A stretch of 64,000 nt of DNA from an uncultured bacterium (GTDB lineage: Bacteria > Oederibacteriota > Oederibacteriia > Oederibacteriales > Oederibacteriaceae): NCBI GenBank assembly GCA_965112635.1, contig OZ218778.1, forward strand, positions 832,001-896,000, in the 5' to 3' direction. Positions within the stretch are counted from its first letter, which is position 1. Each line of letters opens with the position of its first letter. Shown in pieces: positions 9,872 to 19,473 of the stretch. The notes below the pieces were generated by a model. That model was not told the origin of the DNA, did not search any database, and was given only the letters and a program-made list of their open reading frames with translations. Both the position numbers and the translations under genes were made by a program.

Positions 9872-11008
9872 ATGCGTTTAACCGATTACAGGATCTTAAA
9901 AAGAAAAAAGAACGCGGAGCCTGGATCAGACAGGATCCTGCTGTCCCAACCGAAGATCGGCTCCCTGAAAACCTTTTGGCCCGCGGTCCGTCGCTGCGGA
10001 AAGAACGACAAGATCTTTTTTATCGCTGACCGGACTGCCCTGGCGAAACTGGGAAGCTTTTTGCCGGGGCAGCCTATGGGGCCGTGCGGATGGGTGGCGG
10101 AATGCAGCGAAGAGCGGGTCAAGCAGCTGACCCACCAGGCGGAAAAGGAAAAGGCCGGACTGCTGGTCGGCGTGGGCGGAGGAAAAAGCCTGGATACGAC
10201 CAAGCTGGTCGGAGAAAAAACCGGACTGCCCCTCATACTGATACCCAGCAGCAGCGCCACCTGCGCGGCTTTTTCTCCCGTGGCTGTGGTCTATCACGAG
10301 ACCCACGAGTTTAGGGAGGTGGTCGACCTGGCCAAGCCCGGCAGCGTGGTCCTCGTTGACCTTGACCTTATTTTTGATTGCCCGCCCCGTTATCTGGCCG
10401 CAGGGATGGCAGACAGCCTGGCCAAATGGGTGGAGGCCAGGGCAGTTTTGTACAGCGCAGAGGCCGGCAGGCAAGATGGCCGGAACGAGACTGGAAACGT
10501 CCAGGCGGCTTTGGAAACGGCCCGGGATGTTTTTGAAAAGGTCATGGAAAAAGGGGCTAAAGCCTTTAAGGACCAGTCTAAACAACGCCGCAGTACGGAA
10601 TGGGAAGAGGCGGCCCAGGCGAACCTATTGTTGAGCGGGATGGTCAGTTTTATGGGGGGCAGGGGTTTCCCGGCAGGGCTGGCCCATTCCTTTGCCAACG
10701 GGTTGACCGTTTTGCCCCAGGCTGGCCATATCCTGCATGGGGAGGCTGTGGGGCTGGGCCTTTTGCTGGAAGAAACGCTTTTGGCCGAGCGCTGCCCGGC
10801 TTTGCCTAATTTAAGGGAAGATTTGAAGGGTTTTTTTAAACAAACAGGATTACCTTGCACCCTCCAGGAAGCGGGATTGCGGGGATTTTCACCGGAGTGG
10901 ACCGCTGGTGTAGCCGATAAAATGCTGGCTGCCGGAGAAAGCCTGTATTCTTTGGGGTTCAAAATAAGCAAGGAGGAGTTGCTGGGTCTGTTGGAAAACA
11001 CGGTTTAG
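9872..11008 (+). CDS. Iron-containing alcohol dehydrogenase, glycerol dehydrogenase (GldA)-like
   Basis: GVGGGKSLDTTK, PSSSATCAA, AGMADSLAKWVEA, AHS and LHGE motifs. Confidence 0.85.
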   Translation: MRLTDYRILKRKKNAEPGSDRILLSQPKIGSLKTFWPAVRRCGKNDKIFFIADRTALAKLGSFLPGQPMGPCGWVAECSEERVKQLTHQAEKEKAGLLVGVGGGKSLDTTKLVGEKTGLPLILIPSSSATCAAFSPVAVVYHETHEFREVVDLAKPGSVVLVDLDLIFDCPPRYLAAGMADSLAKWVEARAVLYSAEAGRQDGRNETGNVQAALETARDVFEKVMEKGAKAFKDQSKQRRSTEWEEAAQANLLLSGMVSFMGGRGFPAGLAHSFANGLTVLPQAGHILHGEAVGLGLLLEETLLAERCPALPNLREDLKGFFKQTGLPCTLQEAGLRGFSPEWTAGVADKMLAAGESLYSLGFKISKEELLGLLENTV

Positions 11009-11080
11009 AGCCTTGTGGCAAACGACTTTTTTTTATGGTATAAAACCAACACCCAAGCACCGGTCAACTAATTTTCAAGA

Positions 11081-12172
11081 ATGAATAAAATGAGCCGCCA
11101 GAAAAATCCTCATCATACCAACCCGATTTTTTCCAAAGAGATGTATTTCATCTTTGTCATCGCTTTTGTCGTCTTTTCCCTGCTCATCCCAGACTACCGC
11201 CAATCCTTCCTGATCTGCGCCCTGTTCTGCGGGCTGGCTTTTCTGTGGACCCAGCACCGCGGTTCCGTGATCATGACGAAGGTGCAGGAGTTCGATGAAG
11301 AGATCCAGCGGCCCCGCAGCGCAGCCGAGGGAGAACTGTTCCAAAAAGTCAGGGCGATCATCGTCAATTTCCAGAAAAATCCCAGACTGATCGCGCATTC
11401 TATTTTTTCCGCGGAGATGTGGTTCTTTCTGCTCAGTGTTTTTGTGATCTTTGCCATTTTGGCCCCACCTTTCCGCCAGGTCTTTCTTATCTGCGCCTTA
11501 TTGAGCGGGGCGGGATTTCTCTGGGTGGACCGGCGAGCCCTGAAGGTCATGGGCAGGGTGGAGGAGTTCACAAAAGAGATCCGAACGCTCGGTTTTTTTG
11601 AGGACGGAAAGCTTTTTGAAGAAGCCAAGGAACGGTACCAGACCCTGCTGGGCAAGTACAGGAACATTCCCGAGTTCTCCTGGATCATCAAGGTCAGTTT
11701 GCAGCGTTTGGAGACGGGCTATCAAGAGAAGTTGCAGAAGACGCGGATGAAACAGGAAGAGGTCATCGCACGCCAGTCCGCCGTAGAAAAAGAAAAAATC
11801 GACAGCGCCAAGAGCTTCGGGTTCGACGAGAAGAAAGACCGCCGCCGTCACCCCCGGTATCCCGTAGCCCTCACGGTCGGTTCGATCACTTCCATGAGCG
11901 AACCCGGGCAGAGCTATGAAGGCCAGGTCAAAAATCTCAGCCTCAGCGGAGCCCTCATTGAAAGTTTGCGTGAATTCAATTCCGGCGATACCGTCATGAT
12001 TTCGGGCATCCCTCTTCCTGAAAATGGGGAGTTGAAGGATATTTTTGCCAGGGTCGTCCGGGTAGCCGGTCCGGTCAGCCATCTAGCAGGATTAGAGTTC
12101 CTCTATATGACCGACCATGACGTGAGCACCATCGATTGTTTCCTCAAAAAGAGCAATACCCAGCCAGAATAA
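11081..12172 (+). CDS. Membrane protein with a tandem-duplicated 2-TM module and a C-terminal PilZ domain
   Basis: PilZ motifs RRRHPR and NLSLSG; internal repeat with a 92-aa period. Confidence 0.85.
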   Translation: MNKMSRQKNPHHTNPIFSKEMYFIFVIAFVVFSLLIPDYRQSFLICALFCGLAFLWTQHRGSVIMTKVQEFDEEIQRPRSAAEGELFQKVRAIIVNFQKNPRLIAHSIFSAEMWFFLLSVFVIFAILAPPFRQVFLICALLSGAGFLWVDRRALKVMGRVEEFTKEIRTLGFFEDGKLFEEAKERYQTLLGKYRNIPEFSWIIKVSLQRLETGYQEKLQKTRMKQEEVIARQSAVEKEKIDSAKSFGFDEKKDRRRHPRYPVALTVGSITSMSEPGQSYEGQVKNLSLSGALIESLREFNSGDTVMISGIPLPENGELKDIFARVVRVAGPVSHLAGLEFLYMTDHDVSTIDCFLKKSNTQPE

Positions 12173-12196
12173 ACCAGATTTGAGAAGGAGGCAGGC

Positions 12197-13540
12197 ATGA
12201 AAAGAAGCTTTTACGGATTGCTGATGGTCATGATGGCAGGATGTATCGCGACCGCGGAGGCCGAAATCGCGGTCACGGTCTATAACCAGAACCTGGGAGT
12301 GGTCAGGGAGGTCAGGCCTTTTGAGTTGAGCGAAGGGGTCCACAACCTGCTCTTCAAAGAGGTCGCGGCCCAGATAGACCCCACCTCCGTGAGCCTTACC
12401 GGTCCGGAGGGTTTCAAAGTGCTTGAACAGAACTATGATTTTGACTTGGTCTCTTCCGATAAACTCCTGGGGAAATACCTAGGCAAAAAGCTTTCCCTTG
12501 TGGACAAAAGCGGGAAAACCTTTGAAGGGCCGCTGCTTTCTTTTGACGGGGGCCAGATCGTCCTGGGGACCGAAGGCGGCGGAGCGAAGATGCTTTCCCG
12601 TCCTGAAATGGTTCAGATGGATTTTCCGTCCCTGCCGGGCGGGCTGATCACCGAACCTACTTTGGCCTGGATGGTCCGTTCGCCGGTCAGCGGGACCAAG
12701 GACCTGACCCTGACCTATATGACCGGCGGGATCAACTGGCATTGTGAATACGTGGCTTTAGTGGCACCGGACGAGAAAAACCTGGACCTGACCGGATGGG
12801 TTTCCGTGGATAACCAATGCGGGGCCAGTTTCAAGGAAGCCAAGCTGAAACTCGTGGCCGGCGAGGTGCACCGGGCCGAACCTAACGAAAAGGTCAGAAT
12901 TATGGAGCTTGCCGTTGCTGCCGCTCCGGCCCAAGACCAGGCTTTCCAGGAGAAGTCCTTTTTTGAATACCATTTGTACACCCTTAACCGGCCGGTGGAC
13001 CTGGCCAATGACCAGATCAAACAGGTAGAGCTTTTGAAGGCCGCCAGCGCGGCGGTCCGCAAAGTCTATACCTATGACGCGAGCGTGGACGCCAAAAAAG
13101 TCAAAGTGGAGCTGGAGCTCAAGAACAGCAAGGCGTCGGGGATGGGGTTGCCTCTGCCGGCCGGGAAAATGAGGGTCTATAAGGCCGACACGGACAAAAG
13201 CCTGGAATTCATCGGCGAGGACAGCGTGGACCACACGCCGGTGGACGAGAAGCTCCGGGTGGAGATGGGGAACTCCTTTGATATCATCGGAGAGCACCTG
13301 CAGCTCAAGCAGACCAAGGTCCGCGACAGGGTTTGGGATACTGAAGTAGAGATCAAGTTACGCAACCACCGCAAGGAGACCGCTCAGGTGGTGGCTGTGG
13401 AGCATGCCTGGGGAGACTGGGAGATCACCGCGAAGTCACAGGAGTACTATAAAAAGGACGCCAACACCTTTGAATTTTATCTGGATATTCCCGCGGACAA
13501 AGAAGCGGTCGTGACCTACACCGTCCGGATGGTGCGTTAA
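12197..13540 (+). CDS. DUF4139-domain secreted protein
   Basis: VTVYNQNLGVVREVR, IDPTSV, EQNYDFDL, FFEYHLYTL, GLPLPAGKMRVY, FIGEDSVDHTP. Confidence 0.85.
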   Translation: MKRSFYGLLMVMMAGCIATAEAEIAVTVYNQNLGVVREVRPFELSEGVHNLLFKEVAAQIDPTSVSLTGPEGFKVLEQNYDFDLVSSDKLLGKYLGKKLSLVDKSGKTFEGPLLSFDGGQIVLGTEGGGAKMLSRPEMVQMDFPSLPGGLITEPTLAWMVRSPVSGTKDLTLTYMTGGINWHCEYVALVAPDEKNLDLTGWVSVDNQCGASFKEAKLKLVAGEVHRAEPNEKVRIMELAVAAAPAQDQAFQEKSFFEYHLYTLNRPVDLANDQIKQVELLKAASAAVRKVYTYDASVDAKKVKVELELKNSKASGMGLPLPAGKMRVYKADTDKSLEFIGEDSVDHTPVDEKLRVEMGNSFDIIGEHLQLKQTKVRDRVWDTEVEIKLRNHRKETAQVVAVEHAWGDWEITAKSQEYYKKDANTFEFYLDIPADKEAVVTYTVRMVR

Positions 13541-13561
13541 GGCTGGTCAACCCGCTAAAAC

Positions 13562-14227
13562 CTACTGTTCATCCTTGTGATGCCGGATATCCTTGCCCTT
13601 GACCATAAAGATGACGTCCTCGGCCACATTGGTCGCGTGGTCGCTGATCCTCTCCAAATTGCGGGAGATGAGGATCAGGTCCAGGGACTGGTGGATGATG
13701 CTGGGATCATGCTGCATGATCTTTAACAGCTGGTCGAAGGTCTGCGCCTTGAGCTTGTCCTCTTCGTCGTCCATTTGCAGGACCTGGCGGGCCAGGGCTT
13801 CGTCCTTGTTGACATAGGCATCCAGGCTTTTCTTGACCATGGCCATGGCCACTTCGGCCATTTTAGGGATGTCAAAAAGCTTTTGCCTGAGCTGGGGCTG
13901 GTCCAGGAGGATCAGGGAGGTCTGGGAAACATTGACCGCCAGGTCGCCCATGCGCTCCAGGTCGGAAATGATCTTCATGGCCGAAGCGATGAAGCGAAGG
14001 TCCACGGCTGCCGGCTGATACAACGCCAGAAGCTTGATGCAATGCTCATCGATGTTCAGCTGCAAGACGTTGACCTGCTGTTCGCGGTTGGCGACCTCTT
14101 TGGCCAGATCGGCCTTGCGTTCCTCCAGCTCCTTGACCGCCAGGTGGATCATTTCCTCCACCAGGCCGCCCATCAGGAGGACCTGTTCTTTGATGACTTT
14201 CAGCTCCTCATCCAAGTGGCGTTCCAT
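13562..14227 (-). CDS. phoU: Phosphate signalling protein PhoU (copy 1)
   Basis: QPAAVDLR, DLERMGD, LERISDHATNVAEDVIF, DIRH. Confidence 0.95.
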   Translation of the reverse strand: MERHLDEELKVIKEQVLLMGGLVEEMIHLAVKELEERKADLAKEVANREQQVNVLQLNIDEHCIKLLALYQPAAVDLRFIASAMKIISDLERMGDLAVNVSQTSLILLDQPQLRQKLFDIPKMAEVAMAMVKKSLDAYVNKDEALARQVLQMDDEEDKLKAQTFDQLLKIMQHDPSIIHQSLDLILISRNLERISDHATNVAEDVIFMVKGKDIRHHKDEQ

Positions 14228-14248
14228 TGATTCTCCCTTCTTGTCTTT

Positions 14249-15028
14249 TTACCCAAAACGGCCGGTCAAATAATTTTCCGTGCGCTGGTCCTTTGGGTTA
14301 GTAAATATTTCCGAGGTCACGCCGTATTCGATCAAGTCCCCCAAGAGAAAGAACGCCGTGAAATCCGAAATCCTACCGGCCTGCTGCATGTTGTGCGTTA
14401 CGAGGACTATCGTATAGTTTTTTTTCAAATTTTGAAAGAGTTGTTCGATCTTGAGGGTAGAAATCGGGTCCAGGGCCGAACAGGGCTCATCCATGAGCAA
14501 AACCTCGGGTTCCACGGCCAAAAGGCGTGAAATGCAGAGCCGCTGCTGGGATTCCAACGGCAGGGAAAGGGCCGGACGGTGCAGTATATCCTTAACCTGC
14601 TCGAAAAGATCGGTGGCGGCAAGGCTTTTTTCCACGAGTTCATGGAGTTTTTTGCCTCTGGCCATGTCGTGGATCCTGGGGCCGTAAGCCACGTTCTCGT
14701 AGATGGACAGGGGGAAAGGGTTGGGCCGTTGGAAGACCATGCCCATCCGTTTCCTCAGGTCGCGCTTGTCCAGGGAGTAAATATTGGTGTTCTCCAAAAG
14801 GATCTCGCCGGTCAGGTGAAAGCCGGGGATTTTGTCGTTCATGCGGTTGAGGCAGCGGATAAAGGTGGACTTGCCGCAGCCGGACGGCCCGATGATGGCC
14901 GTAATAGCCCGCTCGGTGATCCCCATGGACACACTTTTCAAGGCAGGGAATGAGACATAATTAACGCTGAGATTTTTGGACTCCAGCTTGAAAGCCAGAG
15001 CGGTTTTAACCGAACTTGCCAGAGACAT
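14249..15028 (-). CDS. pstB: Phosphate ABC transporter ATPase with a degenerate ABC signature
   Basis: [24 protein letters not shown] and VTHNMQQA are intact, but the signature reads LPLESQQR. Start placed at MSLASS (GGAGGA upstream). Confidence 0.9.
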   Translation of the reverse strand: MSLASSVKTALAFKLESKNLSVNYVSFPALKSVSMGITERAITAIIGPSGCGKSTFIRCLNRMNDKIPGFHLTGEILLENTNIYSLDKRDLRKRMGMVFQRPNPFPLSIYENVAYGPRIHDMARGKKLHELVEKSLAATDLFEQVKDILHRPALSLPLESQQRLCISRLLAVEPEVLLMDEPCSALDPISTLKIEQLFQNLKKNYTIVLVTHNMQQAGRISDFTAFFLLGDLIEYGVTSEIFTNPKDQRTENYLTGRFG

Positions 15029-15776
15029 AGTCCTCCGTCCTTTTATCCTTGGGCGCCGTGAAAAGTTCTCCGGTCGGGCCATATTCCACCAGCTGGCCCA
15101 TCAATAGAAAAGCCGTATTGTCGGAGACCCGGGCGGCCTGTTTGACGTAGTTCGTGACCAGGATGATAGTGTATTCCTTTTTCAATTCCTGCAGGGCTTC
15201 CTCGATCTTGGCGGTGGAGATCGGGTCCAGGCCCGAGGAGGGCTCGTCGAGCAGAAGGAGTTTGGGACGCAGGGCCAGGATGCGGCTCAAGCACAGTCTC
15301 TGCTGCTGCCCGCCGGAAAGGTTGGAGGCGGGATCCTGCAGCCTGTCCTTGACCTCGTCCCAGAGGTAGGCGGCTTGGAGGGACTGTTCCACGCGGTTCT
15401 CGATCTCCTTCCGGCTCATGCCGTCCTTGAACAAGAGACCCAGGGCGATGTTGTTGAAGATGGTGCCGGGCAAGGTAATGGGTGAGGCGAAAACCATGCC
15501 GGCTTGGGCGCGGAGTTCGTAGAGGTCCACCTCCGGAGCGTTGATATCTTGGCCATCCATAAAGATCTGACCGGTCATTTTAAAACCCGGGGTGATGTCG
15601 TTAAGACGGTTGAGGCAGCGCAGGAAGGTGGTCTTGCCGCTCCGGGCCGGGCCGATCATTCCAAATATTTTATTACGGGGGATCTCCAGGGACAGGTCTT
15701 CTACGGCTTGTTCGCCATGGAACCAGACATTCAGATTTTTGACCTCGATGACGGCATTGCTTTCCATGGCGCTCAT
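15006..15776 (-). CDS. pstB: Phosphate ABC transporter ATPase with degenerate Q-loop and H-loop
   Basis: [15 protein letters not shown] (Q>A), intact [17 protein letters not shown] (H>N), [10 protein letters not shown]. Confidence 0.9.
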   Translation of the reverse strand: MSAMESNAVIEVKNLNVWFHGEQAVEDLSLEIPRNKIFGMIGPARSGKTTFLRCLNRLNDITPGFKMTGQIFMDGQDINAPEVDLYELRAQAGMVFASPITLPGTIFNNIALGLLFKDGMSRKEIENRVEQSLQAAYLWDEVKDRLQDPASNLSGGQQQRLCLSRILALRPKLLLLDEPSSGLDPISTAKIEEALQELKKEYTIILVTNYVKQAARVSDNTAFLLMGQLVEYGPTGELFTAPKDKRTEDYVSGKFG

Positions 15777-16684
15777 CTCCTAAACCTCAATTTGGCCCTG
15801 AGCTTGCCGCGGGCCAGGATGGCAAAGAAATTCAAAGTAAAGGTCAGGGTCAACAGCACGAGCACGGTACCGAATAGGATGGGCTTGGTGGCTTCGACAT
15901 CCGGGGACTGCGTGGCCATGACATAGATGGAGTAACCCAATTCCATGAACTGGTCGTTGAGTTTGTGAGGGAGATAGGGGAGATAATAGGCCACCCCGGT
16001 AAAAAGTTCCGGGGCCACCTCACCGGAGCCACGGCTGATGGCCAGGATGGCGCCGGTCAAAATCCCCGCGACCGCGTTGGGCAGGACCACCTGCCGGATG
16101 ACCTGGAACCGGGTGGCGCCCACCGCGTAGGCCGCTTCGCGGAAGGCGTCGGGGACGGCCCGCAAGGATTCCTCGGTCGTCACGATGACCGTGGGCAAGG
16201 TCAAGAACGCCATGGTCAGGGCCGACCAGATGATAGCGGGCTGCCCGAAGTGCAGGGTGCCGCCGAAGAAAAGTTTGTCTATGCCGACCCCGCAGAAGTG
16301 GATCAAAAATCCCAGGCCGAACAGGCCGAACACGATGGAGGGGACCCCGGCCAGGTTTTGCACGGCCATGCGGACGATCTTGACGTAAAAAGAGTCCTGG
16401 CGGGCGTATTCGTGCAGGTAAACCGCGGTGGCTACGCCCAAGGGCACGACGGCGATGGTCATGAGGATGACCAGGGAAATGGTCCCAAAAATGGCAGGGA
16501 ATATGCCGCCCCGCGTCATCCCGGCCTCAGGGGCCTTGGTCAAGAAGCCCCAGGAAATCACGTCTTTACCGTTGTAAATGATAATTCCCAGGATGACTGT
16601 CACCATGGCGATGATGATAAGAGCGCACAACCCGGTCAGGGCCGAGAAGGTGAGACCGCTCAAACGGGTCAGCCAGCGCTTCAT
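15773..16684 (-). CDS. pstA: Phosphate ABC transporter permease PstA
   Basis: GGIFPAIFGT, NLAGVPSIVFGLFG, REAAYAVGATR, SRGSGEVAP. Confidence 0.93.
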   Translation of the reverse strand: MKRWLTRLSGLTFSALTGLCALIIIAMVTVILGIIIYNGKDVISWGFLTKAPEAGMTRGGIFPAIFGTISLVILMTIAVVPLGVATAVYLHEYARQDSFYVKIVRMAVQNLAGVPSIVFGLFGLGFLIHFCGVGIDKLFFGGTLHFGQPAIIWSALTMAFLTLPTVIVTTEESLRAVPDAFREAAYAVGATRFQVIRQVVLPNAVAGILTGAILAISRGSGEVAPELFTGVAYYLPYLPHKLNDQFMELGYSIYVMATQSPDVEATKPILFGTVLVLLTLTFTLNFFAILARGKLRAKLRFRR

Positions 16685-16760
16685 CGAACACCTCTGTAAA
16701 AAATTTTTATGATGCGTTCCCGCTCAGGGGTGTTCGTGTCCAAAAGCTTTTTGGACAGTT

Positions 16761-17738
16761 TCATTTAGAGCCTCCCGTGAGTTTGCGCCGCAGGCGATTG
16801 ACGAACCATTGGCCGGCCAGGTTGGTCAAGAAAGTGAAGATGAACAGGAACAACCCTATGAAGAAAAGGACGTGATAGTGGGAACTGCCCCGGACCACTT
16901 CGGCCAGTTCCGCGGCGATGGTGGCGGACAGGGTCCTCACGGACTGTGTAAAATCAAGGGAAACCAGGGCCGCGTTGCCCGAAGCCATCAGGACGATCAT
17001 GGTCTCGCCGATGGCCCGGCCGAACCCCAGGACGCAGGCGGCGAACACGCCGGGAAAAGCCGCGGGCAGGATGACCCGCCAGGCGGTCTGCCAGCGGGTG
17101 GCGCCCAGGGCGTCGGAGCCTTCGCGGAAACGCGTGGGCACGGCCGACAGGGCATCCTCGGTCACGGTATAGATAATAGGAATGACGGCCAGGCCTACGC
17201 CGATCCCGGCGGTGATGGCGTTGAGGCGGAAGGTCCAATGGATCATCTGCTCCAGCCAGGAAGCTAAGACCATGAGGGCGAAAAATCCCATGACCACCGA
17301 AGGGATACCGGCCAAAAGTTCAATGGCGGGTTTCATGACCTGCAAGAGCCAGGGCGGGGCAAACTCGGAGGTGAAAAGGGCGGCGCCCAGGGCCAAAGGC
17401 ACGGCGAGCAAAAGGGCCACGGCCGTGATCTTGAGCGTGCCCGCCAGCAGGGGGATCAGGGAATATTTGGGAATCTCAGAGGTGGGGATCCAAAGGAATT
17501 TGTGGGCTTGGGAATAGTTAAGGTCCTGTGGGACGTTGGGCAGAAAGAGCTTACCCAGGTCAGCTTCCTGTCTCACCTCGGGAGAAGTGAAAATCGGCAA
17601 GGCTTCCTTGCCGATAAAGATAAAGATCAGCAGCAGGGTGGCGATCACGCCAAAGGCGCTGGCGCGGATCAGAAACTCAAAGAAGTTTTCTTTCCACCGG
17701 TTCTTTTTTAAAATGAAAGACCTTACTTTAGCGTCCAA
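16761..17738 (-). CDS. pstC: Phosphate ABC transporter permease PstC
   Basis: KPAIELLAGIPSVV, ALGATRWQT, GRAIGETMIVLMASGN. Start placed at the TTG just after the pstS stop. Confidence 0.92.
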   Translation of the reverse strand: MDAKVRSFILKKNRWKENFFEFLIRASAFGVIATLLLIFIFIGKEALPIFTSPEVRQEADLGKLFLPNVPQDLNYSQAHKFLWIPTSEIPKYSLIPLLAGTLKITAVALLLAVPLALGAALFTSEFAPPWLLQVMKPAIELLAGIPSVVMGFFALMVLASWLEQMIHWTFRLNAITAGIGVGLAVIPIIYTVTEDALSAVPTRFREGSDALGATRWQTAWRVILPAAFPGVFAACVLGFGRAIGETMIVLMASGNAALVSLDFTQSVRTLSATIAAELAEVVRGSSHYHVLFFIGLFLFIFTFLTNLAGQWFVNRLRRKLTGGSK

Positions 17739-17743
17739 GGGAA

Positions 17744-18586
17744 CTATTTCCCCGATCTTTTCAGCGGATAATAACCGACCTTTTGACAGACCTCCTGGCC
17801 CTGTTTGCCCGCGACCCAATCAATGAATTTCTTGGCGCTGGGAGAAGGCTGGCCGACCGTGTAAAAATAGAGGTAACGGCTAAGGGGATACTTTCTGCTC
17901 ATCACGTTCTTCATGGTCGGCTCCAGGGCTTTGCCAGTAGGCTCTTTGCTGATCTTCAGCACCTTGACCCCTTTGTTATAGCCGATGCCGCCGTAACCGA
18001 TGGCCTTTTCATCCTTGGAAACCGCGTTGACAATGGCGGCGGTGCCCGGCAAGGACTGGACCTCGGGAGCGAAATCCTTTTTGTCCAGCACATGCTCCTG
18101 GAAAAAAACATAGGTCCCGGAGTTGTTTTCCCGGCCGTAGGGCACGATGACCATATCCGCGCCCCCGACCTCTTTCCAGTTGTGGACCTGGCCCATAAAG
18201 ATCTTTTGGAGCTGGGGGAAGGAAAGCTGGTTCACCTTGTTGGAACTGTACACGTAGATACCGATGCCGTCCAAGGCCACAGGGATTTCCACGGCGGCTT
18301 TGCCCTGTTTTTCTTTTATTTCTCCCGATTCTTTGGGGCTGATGGGACGGGAGGCCATGCAGATATCCGTAGAGCCCGTGATCAAAGCGGAAATCCCGGT
18401 CCCTGACCCGCCGCCGGTGACTTGGACCACTTCGCCTGGATTGGTTTTCATATACTCCTCAGCCCATCGCTGGACCAGGATGATCATCGTGTCCGAGCCT
18501 TTGATGGTCAGGCTGCTCCCGGCCCAAAGGAGAACCGGTGTAAAGATTAATGACACAAGAAGAACGACGAGCAATTTTTTCATCAT
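17744..18586 (-). CDS. pstS: Phosphate ABC transporter substrate-binding protein (short GSDT type)
   Basis: Signal peptide, TIKGSDT, GGGSGTGI, MASR, RENNSGT, YPLSRYLY. Confidence 0.93.
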   Translation of the reverse strand: MMKKLLVVLLVSLIFTPVLLWAGSSLTIKGSDTMIILVQRWAEEYMKTNPGEVVQVTGGGSGTGISALITGSTDICMASRPISPKESGEIKEKQGKAAVEIPVALDGIGIYVYSSNKVNQLSFPQLQKIFMGQVHNWKEVGGADMVIVPYGRENNSGTYVFFQEHVLDKKDFAPEVQSLPGTAAIVNAVSKDEKAIGYGGIGYNKGVKVLKISKEPTGKALEPTMKNVMSRKYPLSRYLYFYTVGQPSPSAKKFIDWVAGKQGQEVCQKVGYYPLKRSGK

Positions 18587-18628
18587 TAAATCCTCCTTAA
18601 TATTTGGTATTCGCCTTGGCTGACAGGG

Positions 18629-18694
18629 ATATTACAGAGGTTTTCCTCGGAGGGGTATGGTTGGTTTGTAATTTATTTGTGACATGTTTGTGAC
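18629..18694 (-). promoter_or_regulatory. Pho box array plus -10 element upstream of pst operon 1
   Basis: The - strand reads GTCAC-aaacat-GTCAC-aaataa-ATTAC-aaacca-ACCAT (11-bp period, close to the E. coli CTGTCAT/CTGTCAC box), then TAATAT at 18634-18629. Confidence 0.85.
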
Positions 18695-18724
18695 AAAGCA
18701 AGAGGAGATCGCAGCAAAACAAGG

Positions 18725-18762
18725 AAAAAACCCTGTTGGGAGCCAACTCCAACAGGGTTTTT
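18725..18762 (-). terminator. Rho-independent terminator after phoU copy 2 (potentially bidirectional)
   Basis: AAAAAACCCTGTTGG...CCAACAGGGTTTTT inverted repeat with T tails on both strands. Confidence 0.85.
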
Positions 18763-18764
18763 GA

Positions 18765-19433
18765 TCAGCCCTTTGCTTCGCGGGTGTGGCGGATATCTTC
18801 ACCGGAGACCATGTAAATCACATCTTCGGCAATATTGGTCGCATGGTCGCCGATACGCTCCAAATTTCTGGAGATAAGGATCATTTCCAGGGCCTGGGGT
18901 ATGCAGGAGGTTTCCTTGGTCATGAGCTTGAGCATTTCATCAAATATTTCGGCCTTGAGCTCATCCTCCCGGTCGTCATTTTCGAGGATTCGGCGGGCCA
19001 GTTCCACATCATGATTGACATAGGCGTCCAGGCTGTCTTTAAGCATGGCCAGAGTATGCTGGGTCATCACGGAGATGTTGGACAATTTTTCCCGCAGCTG
19101 GGGCTGCTCCAGCATGATGAGCGAAGTCTGCGATATGTTGACGGCCTGGTCGCCGATGCGTTCCAGGTCAGAGATGATCTTCATCGCGACCGTGATGAAC
19201 CGCAGGTCCACTGCCTCGGGCTGGAACAGCGCCAGCAAACGAATGCAGTTCTCGTCCGTTTCTTTATGAAGCTGGTTCACTTCCTTCTCGCAGGTGGCCA
19301 CTTCCTGGGCAAGGTCTGGTTTTCTTTCCATAAGTTCCTTGAGGGCCAGGTGGATCATCTGCTCGACCATACCGCCCATATACAAGACCCGGTTCTTGAT
19401 GATCTTCAGTTCTTCATCAAAGCGCCTTTCCAT
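18765..19433 (-). CDS. phoU: Phosphate signalling protein PhoU (copy 2)
   Basis: QPEAVDLR, DLERIGD, LERIGDHATNIAEDVIY. Confidence 0.95.
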   Translation of the reverse strand: MERRFDEELKIIKNRVLYMGGMVEQMIHLALKELMERKPDLAQEVATCEKEVNQLHKETDENCIRLLALFQPEAVDLRFITVAMKIISDLERIGDQAVNISQTSLIMLEQPQLREKLSNISVMTQHTLAMLKDSLDAYVNHDVELARRILENDDREDELKAEIFDEMLKLMTKETSCIPQALEMILISRNLERIGDHATNIAEDVIYMVSGEDIRHTREAKG

Positions 19434-19473
19434 AGAGCTCCTTCCTTTTTGTTAAATTGGCTTGCTTGCTGGG

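Noticed and set aside
14249-15776. pstB pseudogenes
   Set aside because: Both frames are intact and full length, and the substitutions map to a single composite site rather than being random.
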